Positions 1 to 10,061 are shown, counted from the stretch's first letter. The stretch: 64,000 bases of DNA from a bacterium (GCA_963674595.2 CAXXFV010000023.1:544001-608000), one strand, 5' to 3'. The notes: generated by a model from the sequence alone, not told the origin. Translations and numbers: made by a program.

Positions 1-2
1 TC

Positions 3-1055
3 TTAAAATATCTGGCGGCTAGAAAAAATATTGCAATACTTGTTGTTCTGCTTGGATTGCTGGTTAATCTCGTTTTGACACTGGTGCTGACAGAACAGGA
101 CATGTTTCATAAAATCTATGAGATTGATTTAAAATATTTGATTTTCGCAATATTTTTAACAATAGTTCCCTGGTTTACCAATTCATTGCGTGTTTTTTTG
201 TGGGTCCGGTTTTTAAAATACAAATTTCCATATTTTAATATTTTTAAAATCATCCTGTCACAGGAATTAGGTGCTGCGCTTAGTCCCACAGCCATCGGTG
301 GTGGATACGTAAAAACAGCCATGCTGATTAACAAGGGCGTTAAATCGGGGCAGGCCGTATCGCTCATGACCCTGGGAAGTGTGGAAGATGGTTTGTTTTT
401 TCTTTCAAGTTTGCCATTGGCCGCTTTTATAACTCTATATTCAAAGCAATATTTGTTTAATAATTTTGAATTTGCAACTAAACTGCCAACTATATTAATA
501 GTTGCTATAGCTGTTGCTGTTGTTATTATTCTGGTTCGCCGGCAGCGGGACCGTATTATGACCCTGTCATTTATAAAAAAAATAGTCAATACTCTAAAAA
601 AAATGTGGCAGGATTTTATCGCCGTATATGTTCTTATCGGCAAACACGGGAAGGCCAGGTTTTGTTTGACAATCTTTTTGGCAGCCGTTCAATGGACATG
701 TCGTTATTCGGTTTTAACGGCCTTGTTAATGTCGTTGCATATCCCTGTTCACCCTGTTCAAATTTTTCTTTTACAATGGATTACTTTTACATTGATGACA
801 TTTATACCGACACCCGGCGCCGCACTTGGAGCGGAAGCGTCATTTGCGCTGGTTTATTCACCAATCGTTCCTATAGAATATACAGGGATGATTATAGCTG
901 CCTGGAGGTTTTTGACTTTTTATTTTTTAATCGGATTGAGTACCGTTATTTTAGGTGTTTTGAATTTAATAACACTGGTCAGGAAAAAAAGGAAAAGTTG
1001 TGTTAAAAAGCGGATCAGGAGGTTACAGGATTTTACCCTGGTTTCCGGTAATTGA
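3..1055 (+). CDS. Lysylphosphatidylglycerol synthase TM-domain / flippase-like membrane protein (UPF0104), 5'-truncated by window
   Basis: Frame is open from position 3 (LKYLAARKNIAILVVLLG...). Multiple TM helices; family motifs 'SPTAIGG', 'PTPGAALGAE', 'WRFLTFY'. Confidence 0.8.
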   Translation, partial: LKYLAARKNIAILVVLLGLLVNLVLTLVLTEQDMFHKIYEIDLKYLIFAIFLTIVPWFTNSLRVFLWVRFLKYKFPYFNIFKIILSQELGAALSPTAIGGGYVKTAMLINKGVKSGQAVSLMTLGSVEDGLFFLSSLPLAAFITLYSKQYLFNNFEFATKLPTILIVAIAVAVVIILVRRQRDRIMTLSFIKKIVNTLKKMWQDFIAVYVLIGKHGKARFCLTIFLAAVQWTCRYSVLTALLMSLHIPVHPVQIFLLQWITFTLMTFIPTPGAALGAEASFALVYSPIVPIEYTGMIIAAWRFLTFYFLIGLSTVILGVLNLITLVRKKRKSCVKKRIRRLQDFTLVSGN

Positions 1056-1086
1056 GTTATAGGCGTGATTTAATGTGCGGAAATTT

Positions 1087-1353
1087 TTAAATCCAGGAAA
1101 AGAAAATAACCAGAAAAGTAGATGCAATAATAGCCACAACCCAGTACCATGTTGTACAAAATTTTCGTTCTTTGTATTTATCCAACAATGTCTCATATAG
1201 AGTCGCCAGAAAAGGTGGGATGGCCAGCGTCAGAAACCCGATTGGTTCCTTTAGCACACGTTTTGAAAAATACGCCATTATGACAATACTGAATCCTGTT
1301 GCCAATGCAATTTGGATATGCGGAGATTTGAAAAAGTTTTTAATATTATCCAT
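1087..1353 (-). CDS. Small hypothetical membrane protein
   Basis: Three hydrophobic segments, directly downstream of the GNAT gene. ATG at 1353 preferred over TTG at 1371. Confidence 0.6.
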   Translation of the reverse strand: MDNIKNFFKSPHIQIALATGFSIVIMAYFSKRVLKEPIGFLTLAIPPFLATLYETLLDKYKERKFCTTWYWVVAIIASTFLVIFFSWI

Positions 1354-1371
1354 CTGTGTAACACCATTCAA

Positions 1372-1851
1372 TTATTTAGTGCTAATAATTTTCATTTCCA
1401 TTGGTAAATATTTAATTCCTTGTTCTTCCTGCATTGTACCTGCTTCCACAAATCCCAGTTTTTTGTAAATCGGGATTGAAAAAGGTGAAGCATGAACATA
1501 AAACATGTCGATATTCGGATCTCTCTGTATACATGTTTTTAGAGATTCCTGAAAAAGCTTTTTGGCGATACCAAACCCCTGATATTTTTTGTCTACAAAC
1601 AGTAATGAAATATTTTTATTCTCTCTAATTTCAATCATTCCGACAATCCTGTTGTCAATAAAAGCAACCATCAGATTGTTTTGCTTTTTTTGCCGTTCAG
1701 CAATTCTGTTTGGCTGAATCCAGTCATAAAAGAATTGGTTGCTCTCATCAGAATAATCAATCGCAACGAATTCATCATACACTTTTTTTATCAGTTGATG
1801 AATTTCAATTTCCTGTCCTTTTTGGAATGGTTCGATTTTTATGGTATTCAT
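1372..1851 (-). CDS. GNAT family N-acetyltransferase
   Basis: Motif A 'LFVDKKYQGFGIAKKL' and 'YKKLGF'. Confidence 0.9.
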   Translation of the reverse strand: MNTIKIEPFQKGQEIEIHQLIKKVYDEFVAIDYSDESNQFFYDWIQPNRIAERQKKQNNLMVAFIDNRIVGMIEIRENKNISLLFVDKKYQGFGIAKKLFQESLKTCIQRDPNIDMFYVHASPFSIPIYKKLGFVEAGTMQEEQGIKYLPMEMKIISTK

Positions 1852-1894
1852 TATATACTTGTTCGATTGATATTTTTTTAAAAATCAGATTTTT

Positions 1895-2260
1895 TCAAGA
1901 TATATTGGTTTTTTCAACCTTTTGTACACAACGGCAAAAGCCATGAAATATGGCGCATATCCCGCCAAAAATTGAAAACAGTCCCCAAAATAAAGGCCTT
2001 AAAAATATATAAAATAAAGTTCCTTTACAATAGGGTAATAAATATAATCCCCATGTCACCAGGGCACAACCGACAATGACCAAAGTATGGCCGAATATTA
2101 AAGTTGCATTTCGGCCGGGTTTAAGGCCGATGTAAACAAGAGAGCAGCCCACAGAAAAGGGAATGATCCCTTTATAACTTTTTGCAACAAAAATAAAAAA
2201 GAGGGCAAATAGGATTAAAAGTATACCAAAGACGAACGAAATGGGTTTTCTGATTTTCAA
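1895..2260 (-). CDS. Hypothetical membrane protein
   Basis: Four hydrophobic helices. TTG start preceded by a GGAGG RBS. Confidence 0.65.
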   Translation of the reverse strand: MKIRKPISFVFGILLILFALFFIFVAKSYKGIIPFSVGCSLVYIGLKPGRNATLIFGHTLVIVGCALVTWGLYLLPYCKGTLFYIFLRPLFWGLFSIFGGICAIFHGFCRCVQKVEKTNIS

Positions 2261-2340
2261 GGGACCTCCACTTGTCTTGCTGATAAATAAGTCAGTTAAT
2301 CTTGTTGGGTTAATCTATATTTTGTGAATTTTGTCTTTTT

Positions 2341-2369
2341 AATATATAGAAATATTTTTCTTCAGTCAA
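2341..2369 (-). promoter_or_regulatory. Sigma70-type promoter TTGACT-N17-TATATT
   Basis: Near-consensus hexamers with 17-bp spacer upstream of the 2260 start. Confidence 0.55.
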
Positions 2370-2412
2370 CCAGTTTGAATTTTGGATGGTTGGGACATGC
2401 TGTTGATAAAAT

Positions 2413-3741
2413 CTATTCACACTTGTTCTCTCTAACGAACATGATAAAAAGCAGCATGGACGTGCAGGACAGAACAGCGCCTGTTCCGAATGCTGTTAAT
2501 GCACCGAATTTCGTGTATAAAAAACCAAACATGATACTTGCCGGCAGGGCTGACAAACCTATGGCAAAATTAAATAATCCAAAGGCACTGCCGCGTAATT
2601 CCGGTTTAACCAAATCCGCTACAAATGCCTTTTCAGCACCTTCAACAAACGCGTAATAAAGGGCATAAACAGCAAAAAGAACAAACGTGGCTATAATTTG
2701 TAAGGAGTCCGGTAAGCGGTCAAGTAATGCAAAGGATATATAAACAAATGTATAAATTCCCCAGCCGATATTGATGACGATTTTTCGGCCGATTTTGTCC
2801 GACAGTGCACCGAGATGGGTCGAAAAGGACACTTTGATGATATGAAAAAAAGCCCAAATAAAAGGAATGAATAAAATGTCTATCAGTTTTTTTTGTGTTT
2901 CCACGTCACCAAAGTGACTGACCATGCTGCCGATGACCGGTGTTGAGTAAATTATGGAATAAAGTGATTCACTGTTATGGAGAACATGCTGTACCCTGAA
3001 AAGTAAAAATGCATCCGATGAATTTCCCAGCGTAAAGAGTGTTATAATACCCAGATAGATGATCAGGTTTTTATCAAATTGTTTTAAAGAAAAAGTTATT
3101 TTTTTTGATGATAAAGCCTGAACTTTTTTTTCATGAACAAAAAATACGAGTGTTATAAGAGAAAGAAGGCCGGGAATGATAGCCAGCACAAATGTCCGGC
3201 GAAGGATTGAAACTGTATCCTGCATGTGAAAAACAAGAATCAGTATTATCAGAGCAGATAACGCAAGAAACGGTCCGATAACGGCCCCGGCATGGTCCAT
3301 GGCCCGATGAAAGCCGTATGCTTTTCCGCGAATACGGTCATCAACGGAAAAAGCAATCAGCGCGTCACGGGGTGCCGTACGAATGCCTTTGCCTGTTCGG
3401 TCGATCATTCTGATAAATATAATTTGCCATGCCGCAGAAACGAGTCCGGTAAAAGGGCGGACGATTGTTGATATTCCGTAACCGATAACAACGAGTAATT
3501 TTCGTTTACCAATTTTATCGGAAATGATGCCGCTGACCAGTTTCAGCACCGAAGCTGTTGTTTCCGCCACACCTTCAATGATCCCCAAAATTAATGCACT
3601 GGAACCCAGGGACACGATAAATATGGGAACAAGCGGATAAATCATTTCGCTGGCAGCATCTGTAAAAAGGCTGACCAAGCCGAGCATGATAACATTCCGG
3701 CTTATCTTGTTTCGCTGGGTATTTTGAATACGAGTTTTCAT
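2413..3741 (-). CDS. MFS transporter
   Basis: About 12 TM helices; motif A 'GIISDKIGKRK' and 'GALSDKIGRK'; 'GKGIRTAPRDALI'. Confidence 0.92.
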   Translation of the reverse strand: MKTRIQNTQRNKISRNVIMLGLVSLFTDAASEMIYPLVPIFIVSLGSSALILGIIEGVAETTASVLKLVSGIISDKIGKRKLLVVIGYGISTIVRPFTGLVSAAWQIIFIRMIDRTGKGIRTAPRDALIAFSVDDRIRGKAYGFHRAMDHAGAVIGPFLALSALIILILVFHMQDTVSILRRTFVLAIIPGLLSLITLVFFVHEKKVQALSSKKITFSLKQFDKNLIIYLGIITLFTLGNSSDAFLLFRVQHVLHNSESLYSIIYSTPVIGSMVSHFGDVETQKKLIDILFIPFIWAFFHIIKVSFSTHLGALSDKIGRKIVINIGWGIYTFVYISFALLDRLPDSLQIIATFVLFAVYALYYAFVEGAEKAFVADLVKPELRGSAFGLFNFAIGLSALPASIMFGFLYTKFGALTAFGTGAVLSCTSMLLFIMFVRENKCE

Positions 3742-3843
3742 CTGATCGCTTTTTTAAAATTCCATGTAAAAAGAGAATTAATGATGTGTTCGTTTCAAAA
3801 ATAACTGGGTGATTTTTAGAGTAATTGTATTAAAATATTTACT

Positions 3844-4656
3844 TTACTTATTTATGAATTTTGATATAATGACCTGACGGTTTTTTTTATGAATTGAAAA
3901 AATAGTATTTTTATTGCTCCGGTCCCATGCAATTCCCTGTCCCAAACACTGTAGCGGAACCGTATCTACAAGCTCTAAAAAAGAACCTTTTTCCGGTAAT
4001 TGCAAGACATATAATTCGGGATGATCATGGCCTGTACAATACAGATAGCCGTCAGGTCCCCATGAACCGCCTGAATTGCTCATGGGTTTAAATCTTTCTA
4101 CAATATCCGGAGTGAAAAGCCATGCTTCCAGTTTGTTCCAGTTTTTATCAAATTTAACAACCGTTGTCCATTCCGTTCCTTTAAGGGTTTCTGTTTTCCA
4201 TTTATCATACTGGGCAAAGGACGCCCACCAGAATCCATCATGCCAGTCTACCCAGGTGCAGGAGCCCCATTGAATTCCAAAACTGTGTGATTCAATATGT
4301 TCCAGCGTCTCTGGGTCCCAAACCTCTATCGAACTTGTCATGGGAATTCCGGGATAGTTGGAATGAGCACAATATAATTTCCCGTTAATAACAGCACCAC
4401 TGTCCAAATGAATGATCGGTCCGTTCTCTTGTTCCTGCCATTGTTTAATAAATTCTCCGGTTACCCGATTGTATTTGGCAATTTGCCGTGTATTAATGGC
4501 ATAAAAAAAAGAGTCATCAACGGCTACACCTTGCCGGGCTTCCGGAACATCAAACTGGTTGATAATTTCAAATTTTCTTTCCCCGGAATATCCATTTGTT
4601 GACGTTAATATTATGGCCGTAAAAAATAGAGATATTATTTTTTGATAATATTTCAT
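3844..4656 (-). CDS. Secreted hypothetical beta-propeller-like protein
   Basis: N-terminal signal peptide; conserved-looking motifs 'EARQGVAVD', 'SNSGGSWGPDG', 'GQGIAWD'. Function not assignable. Confidence 0.6.
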   Translation of the reverse strand: MKYYQKIISLFFTAIILTSTNGYSGERKFEIINQFDVPEARQGVAVDDSFFYAINTRQIAKYNRVTGEFIKQWQEQENGPIIHLDSGAVINGKLYCAHSNYPGIPMTSSIEVWDPETLEHIESHSFGIQWGSCTWVDWHDGFWWASFAQYDKWKTETLKGTEWTTVVKFDKNWNKLEAWLFTPDIVERFKPMSNSGGSWGPDGYLYCTGHDHPELYVLQLPEKGSFLELVDTVPLQCLGQGIAWDRSNKNTIFSIHKKNRQVIISKFINK

Positions 4657-4752
4657 TTAAATCCTTTTAATTTTTTTATAAAATACATCCTGATTTTCAT
4701 AATACCTGAGATAAAAATATATAATACATTTTTACTGCTAAAGTTAGAACTA

Positions 4753-5745
4753 TTATTCCGGTCCAAAGACTCCCAGTTCTGAATCGATTTCCTTGTAACT
4801 TTGTTTGAATATTTTTACATGTATAAAAAGCATATAGGCAACAAGCGCATAGGTTACCAGCATTCTTAGTGTTTGGGTCATCGGTATTGTGTGCTGAGTC
4901 CATAACGTTACAATAAAGTCTGTGCTCAGAAGCAGTGTAAATAGAAGCAGAATGTTTTTTGCTCCTATCTTTACAGCAAGATAAGCGGCGAGAAACAGTC
5001 CTGCGATTGTAACACCCGGAACGGCTGAAAACCAGAGGGAAAGAGGGACGTGATTGAAAATTATGTTCAATATAGTTCCCGCTAAAGATACGGCAGCCAT
5101 AAGTGAAATACTTGTGATTATAGAGACCGCAGGATTTATTTTAAAAATAACGGTTAGTATAAAATAAAAAATGGTATCAATTCCAAAACCAATCCAGCCG
5201 GTAATAAGGCCGCCAAGAAAAGAGAACACAGCAAGAATGGTTATATTTTTGATATTTATTTTTATATACAAATTGGGATATTTGTGTCTGAAAATAATTG
5301 AAATGAAAATAATCTGGGTTAATCCAAAAGCGATAAAGTTGAATATCAGAGTCAGCAATTCGGGATTTTCAATCGGAAAAAACACAATGCTGAATACGAC
5401 TCCGGTGATACCTCCACAGAGACATACGGGGATGACATTTTTTATAAAGAGTTTCTTGTTGACAAGAAACCATCGGAACGTTCCCAAGCCCATGCCATAG
5501 GCCTGAATAATTAAACTAAACTGCACCGCTGTAATCGGTTCTATGTTTATACGCGTCAGAATTGGAAAATATACGATCCCCGCTGCAGCAGGGGTGGTGT
5601 TGGCAACTGTTGCTGCAATTATTCCGAGAAAAGGCATGTAATAAAATTTATGGAGAAAATCCTCACGGAAACAGGGGAAGAATATAATCCAGCCAACTGA
5701 AACGATGGCAAATATTAAATATGGCAAAAGTTTTTTGTTTTTCAC
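4753..5745 (-). CDS. Sulfite exporter TauE/SafE (TSUP) family membrane protein
   Basis: Two-repeat TM architecture; 'GGLITGWIGFG' motif. GTG start. Confidence 0.75.
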   Translation of the reverse strand: MKNKKLLPYLIFAIVSVGWIIFFPCFREDFLHKFYYMPFLGIIAATVANTTPAAAGIVYFPILTRINIEPITAVQFSLIIQAYGMGLGTFRWFLVNKKLFIKNVIPVCLCGGITGVVFSIVFFPIENPELLTLIFNFIAFGLTQIIFISIIFRHKYPNLYIKINIKNITILAVFSFLGGLITGWIGFGIDTIFYFILTVIFKINPAVSIITSISLMAAVSLAGTILNIIFNHVPLSLWFSAVPGVTIAGLFLAAYLAVKIGAKNILLLFTLLLSTDFIVTLWTQHTIPMTQTLRMLVTYALVAYMLFIHVKIFKQSYKEIDSELGVFGPE

Positions 5746-5937
5746 AAGTGGCCTTTACTTTATCTACGGTATCATCTGGCTTGCAAACCACTATTTATCT
5801 ATTTACTGTGCTGTTTGTGTCAAATAACCAACATGAACTTTTTGCTGAAAATATCCTCAGGTTTTTTTAAAAAACATTTACTAGTTCCCCAAACTCTCAA
5901 CTGTCCTGAATAATAATATATTATGATTGATAATGTA

Positions 5938-5966
5938 ATAATACAAATTAAATAAAATCAGCGCAA
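5938..5966 (-). promoter_or_regulatory. Sigma70-type promoter TTGCGC-N17-TATTAT (overlaps repeat copy 1)
   Basis: Hexamers with 17-bp spacer; TTTG immediately precedes the -10. Confidence 0.55.
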
Positions 5967-6095
5967 GAGATTTTTAAATGTATCGGAAATAAAGGAACGG
6001 CAGGTTTATACCGGGATTCAAACTGTAAAATCGGTTTAATGGTTTTTCTGATTTGGGGCGGCGAATGGGTACTTGACAGCTCTGAGAAAATTCCC
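5947..6095. repeat. ~150-bp intergenic direct repeat, copy 1
   Basis: Aligns by eye along its whole length with 7182-7331, e.g. attaaataaaatcagcgcaaga vs attaaataaaatcagtgcaaga and ccgggattcaaactg vs ccgggatgcaaactg. Confidence 0.9.
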
Positions 6096-6099
6096 AAAG

Positions 6100-7086
6100 T
6101 TAGCGAATAATATAGGGACCTTGTTCGGTCCAGCCGATTTCTACTTTCGAAATATACCAGGTTTTCCCATTATCATTATTGCCCTGAAAAAACAGGTATG
6201 TTTTTTCGTCGCTATCTTTAAAGATATGCGGATGACCGGATTCGCTTGAATTCCACTCTCCGGGTTTGCCGTTTGATAAAAAAGGCGTTTCTGATATCTT
6301 TTTCCAGTTAATGCCGTCATTGCTTTTTGCAACACCGATTTGTTGGGGCTCATTATTGTACGCTCCGGCATAAAACATGAATAATAAATTGTCACGCTGA
6401 ATAATTGAGGCTCCTTCTACACATTTTCGTTCCCACGGATATTCCGGTTTTAAAATGGAATGATCTGTTAGCTGTTGCCAATCATTTCTGCTAAAATTCG
6501 TATTTAATGGGGCGGCAGCGACTCCCTGCATTTGAACAGACATGGTGGTATCGCGGGTTGCAAAGTATAATAAATATTTATCATTAAATTTGACAACTTC
6601 TGCGTCAATGGCCCTGCCGATTGTCCAGTCTCCTTGCGGATTAAAAACCGGATTTGTTGAATTTCGGATAAAATCGATTCCGTTTTGAGAAAACGCGTGA
6701 CAGATAGCATCATTTTTACCGTTGCCATAGGTTTGATAAAAAATGTGAACCGTGTCCTGAATGACCAATGCACACGGCGCACATAATCCTTTTGCTTCAT
6801 AATCTGCCTGGGGTATAATTTCGCCTGTTTTTACCCAGTTTACCAGATCATGACTTTCGGCGATTCCTATTCCCCAACCTTTAATGGGATTCGTTTTGTC
6901 CGAGTATGGTGGAATAGAGTAATACATCAGGTATCTATTCTGAAAATGAATGACGTGTGGGTCTTTTGAGTACGGTACACCTAGTCTGGAAGTATCCCCG
7001 AACATCATTCTTTCGGTTGATTCTGCTCTTCCCGCACCAATACTAAACGCTATTGTCAAAATAAAACTCAAAAGAACCTTTTTCAA
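6100..7086 (-). CDS. Five-bladed beta-propeller glycoside hydrolase (GH43/GH117-like), secreted
   Basis: Signal peptide; 'KDPHV', 'SHDLVNW', 'AIDAEV', 'CVEG', 'SNDGINWKK'. Confidence 0.8.
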   Translation of the reverse strand: MKKVLLSFILTIAFSIGAGRAESTERMMFGDTSRLGVPYSKDPHVIHFQNRYLMYYSIPPYSDKTNPIKGWGIGIAESHDLVNWVKTGEIIPQADYEAKGLCAPCALVIQDTVHIFYQTYGNGKNDAICHAFSQNGIDFIRNSTNPVFNPQGDWTIGRAIDAEVVKFNDKYLLYFATRDTTMSVQMQGVAAAPLNTNFSRNDWQQLTDHSILKPEYPWERKCVEGASIIQRDNLLFMFYAGAYNNEPQQIGVAKSNDGINWKKISETPFLSNGKPGEWNSSESGHPHIFKDSDEKTYLFFQGNNDNGKTWYISKVEIGWTEQGPYIIR

Positions 7087-7181
7087 AATATTTTTCCTTA
7101 TAATTAACTTTTGTTGTGTTGAAAACTATCAACTGCAAATATATGTTCATAAACAAATTTTTTAATATAAAGAAATTGCAC

Positions 7182-7331
7182 ATTAAATAAAATCAGTGCA
7201 AGATATTTTAAAATGTATTGGAAATAGAGGACCGGCAGATTTATGCCGGGATGCAAACTGAAATATCAGTTTAATGGTTTTGTGCTTTGGTGCGATGGAT
7301 GGATATTTATTTAAGCTCCGGGAATTTTCCC
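7182..7331. repeat. ~150-bp intergenic direct repeat, copy 2
   Basis: Homologous to 5947-6095, same orientation. Confidence 0.9.
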
Positions 7332-7354
7332 GGAACCGGTTGTTTTTGACTTGA

Positions 7355-8713
7355 TTATTTCACAAAATGAGATGCTTCTATTTTATTCATGGTCTTGAAT
7401 AAATATCTTAATGCAAGTGGTCCTGTAACAATATTGGCAATAAATCCTGCCCAAAATACGCCGTAAATATTAAATATTCCGGCGCCAATCCACGCTAATG
7501 GAACATATAATACCAGCATTCTTATAATAGAAAAAATTGCAGACGGATAAGGCTTGTTTACCCCGTTGAAACTCGCAGTACTTAGTATAACAAGCCCTTG
7601 TAATCCATAACTTGCACCGATAATGTAGAAATATTTTTTTACTATTTCAATTACATTCGCATCGTTGGTGAAAATTGAAGCAATAGTATGACCAAAGAAC
7701 AGGAACAGAACAAAAACAGCAACACCCCATGTTATTGAGAATTTTGATGCGATTTTTAAAGCTTGTTTAATCCGCTGATATTGGTGTTTGCTTGAATTTT
7801 GTCCTACGAATATTATTAATACGGAACCTAACGCCATTACAACCATTAATGCAAACATTTCCACCCTTGATGAAACACCAAATGCTGCAACTGCTTCTTT
7901 ACCAAAATTGGATAGTATTTTAGTAATAAACCCTATTGAAATGGGTGTTATAAGCATGGTTAATGACGCAGGACCGGCGATATAAAGAACATTTTTCCAT
8001 GTAGATAAAATGCTTTTGATATTTCCCAGGCGAATTGTAATTAACTTTTTTTTGATTATCAATACATATGATATCGCCAGTAAACCGATGCTTCTGGCAA
8101 TAACTGTTGCAAGAGCAGCGCCTTTTATGCCCAGTTCAGGAAACGGACCGTACCCGAAAATTAAAAATGGATCCAGGATTGCATTGACGACTGCAATAAC
8201 AACCATGATCATACCGGGTGTAAAAGTGTCTCCGGTAGCCCGGACAATATTGTTTCCAATCATTGGAAAGACAACAAAGGGAACTCCGATGTACCAAATA
8301 CTCATATAGTCATGAACAAAAGCCAGCACCTCATTTTTTGCGCCCATTGCACTGAAAACCGGACGGATGGTAAGCAAACCTACGGTTACAAAAAACAAAA
8401 CAATGATCGATCCAAGTAAAAGAGCCCGGCTTGCCATCATTCTAACCTTATTATGTTCCGTGTGAATTATATTTCTTGAAATAAGTGAACTTGTTCCAAT
8501 ACCAACGCCTTGTGAAAAGCTGTTGAGAAGCATAATAACAGGGAAACTAAAACTCATAGCGGCTAGTTGCTGAACACCGAGCTTTCCTACAAAAAAAGTG
8601 TCAACAAGATTGAAAATAACCATCCCCATCATACCGAGCAGCATGGGCCATGTTAAACTAAAAAGTTGTCGTTTTATATTTCCTTCGATAATATTTTTAT
8701 TTTCTTTTGGCAT
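7355..8713 (-). CDS. MATE family efflux transporter
   Basis: 12 TM; 'VDTFFVGKLG', 'LDPFLIFG...LGIKGAALAT'. Confidence 0.95.
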   Translation of the reverse strand: MPKENKNIIEGNIKRQLFSLTWPMLLGMMGMVIFNLVDTFFVGKLGVQQLAAMSFSFPVIMLLNSFSQGVGIGTSSLISRNIIHTEHNKVRMMASRALLLGSIIVLFFVTVGLLTIRPVFSAMGAKNEVLAFVHDYMSIWYIGVPFVVFPMIGNNIVRATGDTFTPGMIMVVIAVVNAILDPFLIFGYGPFPELGIKGAALATVIARSIGLLAISYVLIIKKKLITIRLGNIKSILSTWKNVLYIAGPASLTMLITPISIGFITKILSNFGKEAVAAFGVSSRVEMFALMVVMALGSVLIIFVGQNSSKHQYQRIKQALKIASKFSITWGVAVFVLFLFFGHTIASIFTNDANVIEIVKKYFYIIGASYGLQGLVILSTASFNGVNKPYPSAIFSIIRMLVLYVPLAWIGAGIFNIYGVFWAGFIANIVTGPLALRYLFKTMNKIEASHFVK

Positions 8714-8724
8714 TCTTAAACCAC

Positions 8725-9336
8725 CTAAATATTCTTTTTAGCATTAAGAGAAAAGAATTTTGCAAACCTGAACGGATTTGATTCTTTATAATTTTCAATT
8801 GTAAAACCAATTTCATTTAAAAATTCAGTAAATTGGGCAGGCGTATACATTGATTGGTAAGGATGATCGGATATTATTCTCCAAAATTTGCCGATTCCTT
8901 TTGTAAAAGAAAAGATGGACAAATCTTCGAGTACGAGTTCTCCATTTGGCTTTAATACCCGTTTTATTTCGTCAAGACAATCTTTCCAGTTTGGGATATG
9001 GTGTATAATTCCGAAATCAAAAACAGCATCAAAATATTCATCCGGAAAATCAAGCTTTGAAGCATCCATTACTTGGAAAGAAATGGATGTGTCCTGGTTG
9101 CGCTTTACCGCTTTGTTTATCATTCTTTCATCAAGGTCTATTCCGATTATCTTTTCCGGGGAAAAGTATTTCTTAATCAGTTTACTCCCTCTGCCGTTAC
9201 CGCATCCTATTTCCAGTACCCTATCCGGGTTTTTTACGGAACTCATGGACCGTAAAATTTTGAGTTCATATCTATCCTGAATAAAAGCCCTTACGGGACT
9301 GTTCATCGCCCAAAATTCAAGTTTATTTAATTTCAT
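8725..9336 (-). CDS. Class I SAM-dependent methyltransferase
   Basis: 'VLEIGCGNG', 'FDAVF', 'RVLKPNG'. Confidence 0.92.
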   Translation of the reverse strand: MKLNKLEFWAMNSPVRAFIQDRYELKILRSMSSVKNPDRVLEIGCGNGRGSKLIKKYFSPEKIIGIDLDERMINKAVKRNQDTSISFQVMDASKLDFPDEYFDAVFDFGIIHHIPNWKDCLDEIKRVLKPNGELVLEDLSIFSFTKGIGKFWRIISDHPYQSMYTPAQFTEFLNEIGFTIENYKESNPFRFAKFFSLNAKKNI

Positions 9337-9378
9337 TCGAGTCTCTTAAATTGTAAAATTATTTTTTATAGAATAACA

Positions 9379-9852
9379 TCAGGATTTTTGTTTAATTTCG
9401 CCGTCGGTGTCATAGTCGCTGCCCTTTAATTCTTTTTCCGCATTTTCAGCCGCTCTTTGAAGAAAATGGATAAACTGGTCCTGTTCTGCCTGAGTAAAAC
9501 CCTGCATGAGAACGTTGGTCCAGCTTTGTAAAACAGGAATCAGTTCGTCTTTAAATTTTATTGCCTGGGGTGTTAATGTGATATTGTGCGCGCGGAAATC
9601 CTGATCATCTTTATTTCGCTGTAAATAACCGTTTGCCTCCAGTTTACTTAATGCGCGGGCCATGCTTGTTTTGTCAAGATGAAGGTGGTTTGCCAAATCT
9701 ATTTGACGAACACATTCTTTATGATATAAGGACAACAGGATCGGCAATTGGCCTGCACCCAGATTAAATGGTTCCAGCTTTTTTTTCTGATAGGATTGAG
9801 AATAGCGATATAAAATTGAAATCCATTTTCCGACGGATTGTGATGTTTTCAT
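9379..9852 (-). CDS. MarR family transcriptional regulator
   Basis: wHTH 'QIDLANHLHLDKTSMARALSKLEANGYLQR...DFR'. Start placed at ATG 9852 (AAGGAG RBS) rather than 9909. Confidence 0.92.
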   Translation of the reverse strand: MKTSQSVGKWISILYRYSQSYQKKKLEPFNLGAGQLPILLSLYHKECVRQIDLANHLHLDKTSMARALSKLEANGYLQRNKDDQDFRAHNITLTPQAIKFKDELIPVLQSWTNVLMQGFTQAEQDQFIHFLQRAAENAEKELKGSDYDTDGEIKQKS

Positions 9853-9863
9853 TACTTCTCCTT

Positions 9864-9912
9864 TAGTTGTATGTGCAACTAATATAATTAAAAATAGTTG
9901 CACGTACAACTA
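9864..9912. promoter_or_regulatory. Two 18-bp palindromic operators overlapping promoter TTGTAC-N17-TATATT
   Basis: TAGTTGTATGTGCAACTA (9864-9881) and TAGTTGCACGTACAACTA (9895-9912) directly upstream of marR. The -35 is at 9904-9909 and the -10 at 9881-9886 on the minus strand. Confidence 0.8.
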
Positions 9913-10061
9913 TTTTTAAGCCTCTAGTGTAGCAAATACGCATAATGCTTTATTTTATTGTTGTTATTTCAAGTGTGGGGAGGAAACAGCGATTCGAATC
10001 AATATCAACAGAAATGAGTAAACAGTCGTTATAAATTGAGTCGGCCTTTTTTAAGGACAGG

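Noticed and set aside
5947-7331. CRISPR array, or IS/MITE ends
   Set aside because: Only two long copies about 1.2 kb apart, in direct orientation, with no spacers, terminal inverted repeats or transposase.
9853-9909. N-terminal extensions in the ORF track (marR 9909; also 30070, 31128, 57552)
   Set aside because: They run through promoters, operators or upstream genes. Downstream ATGs, some with a clear RBS, fit better.
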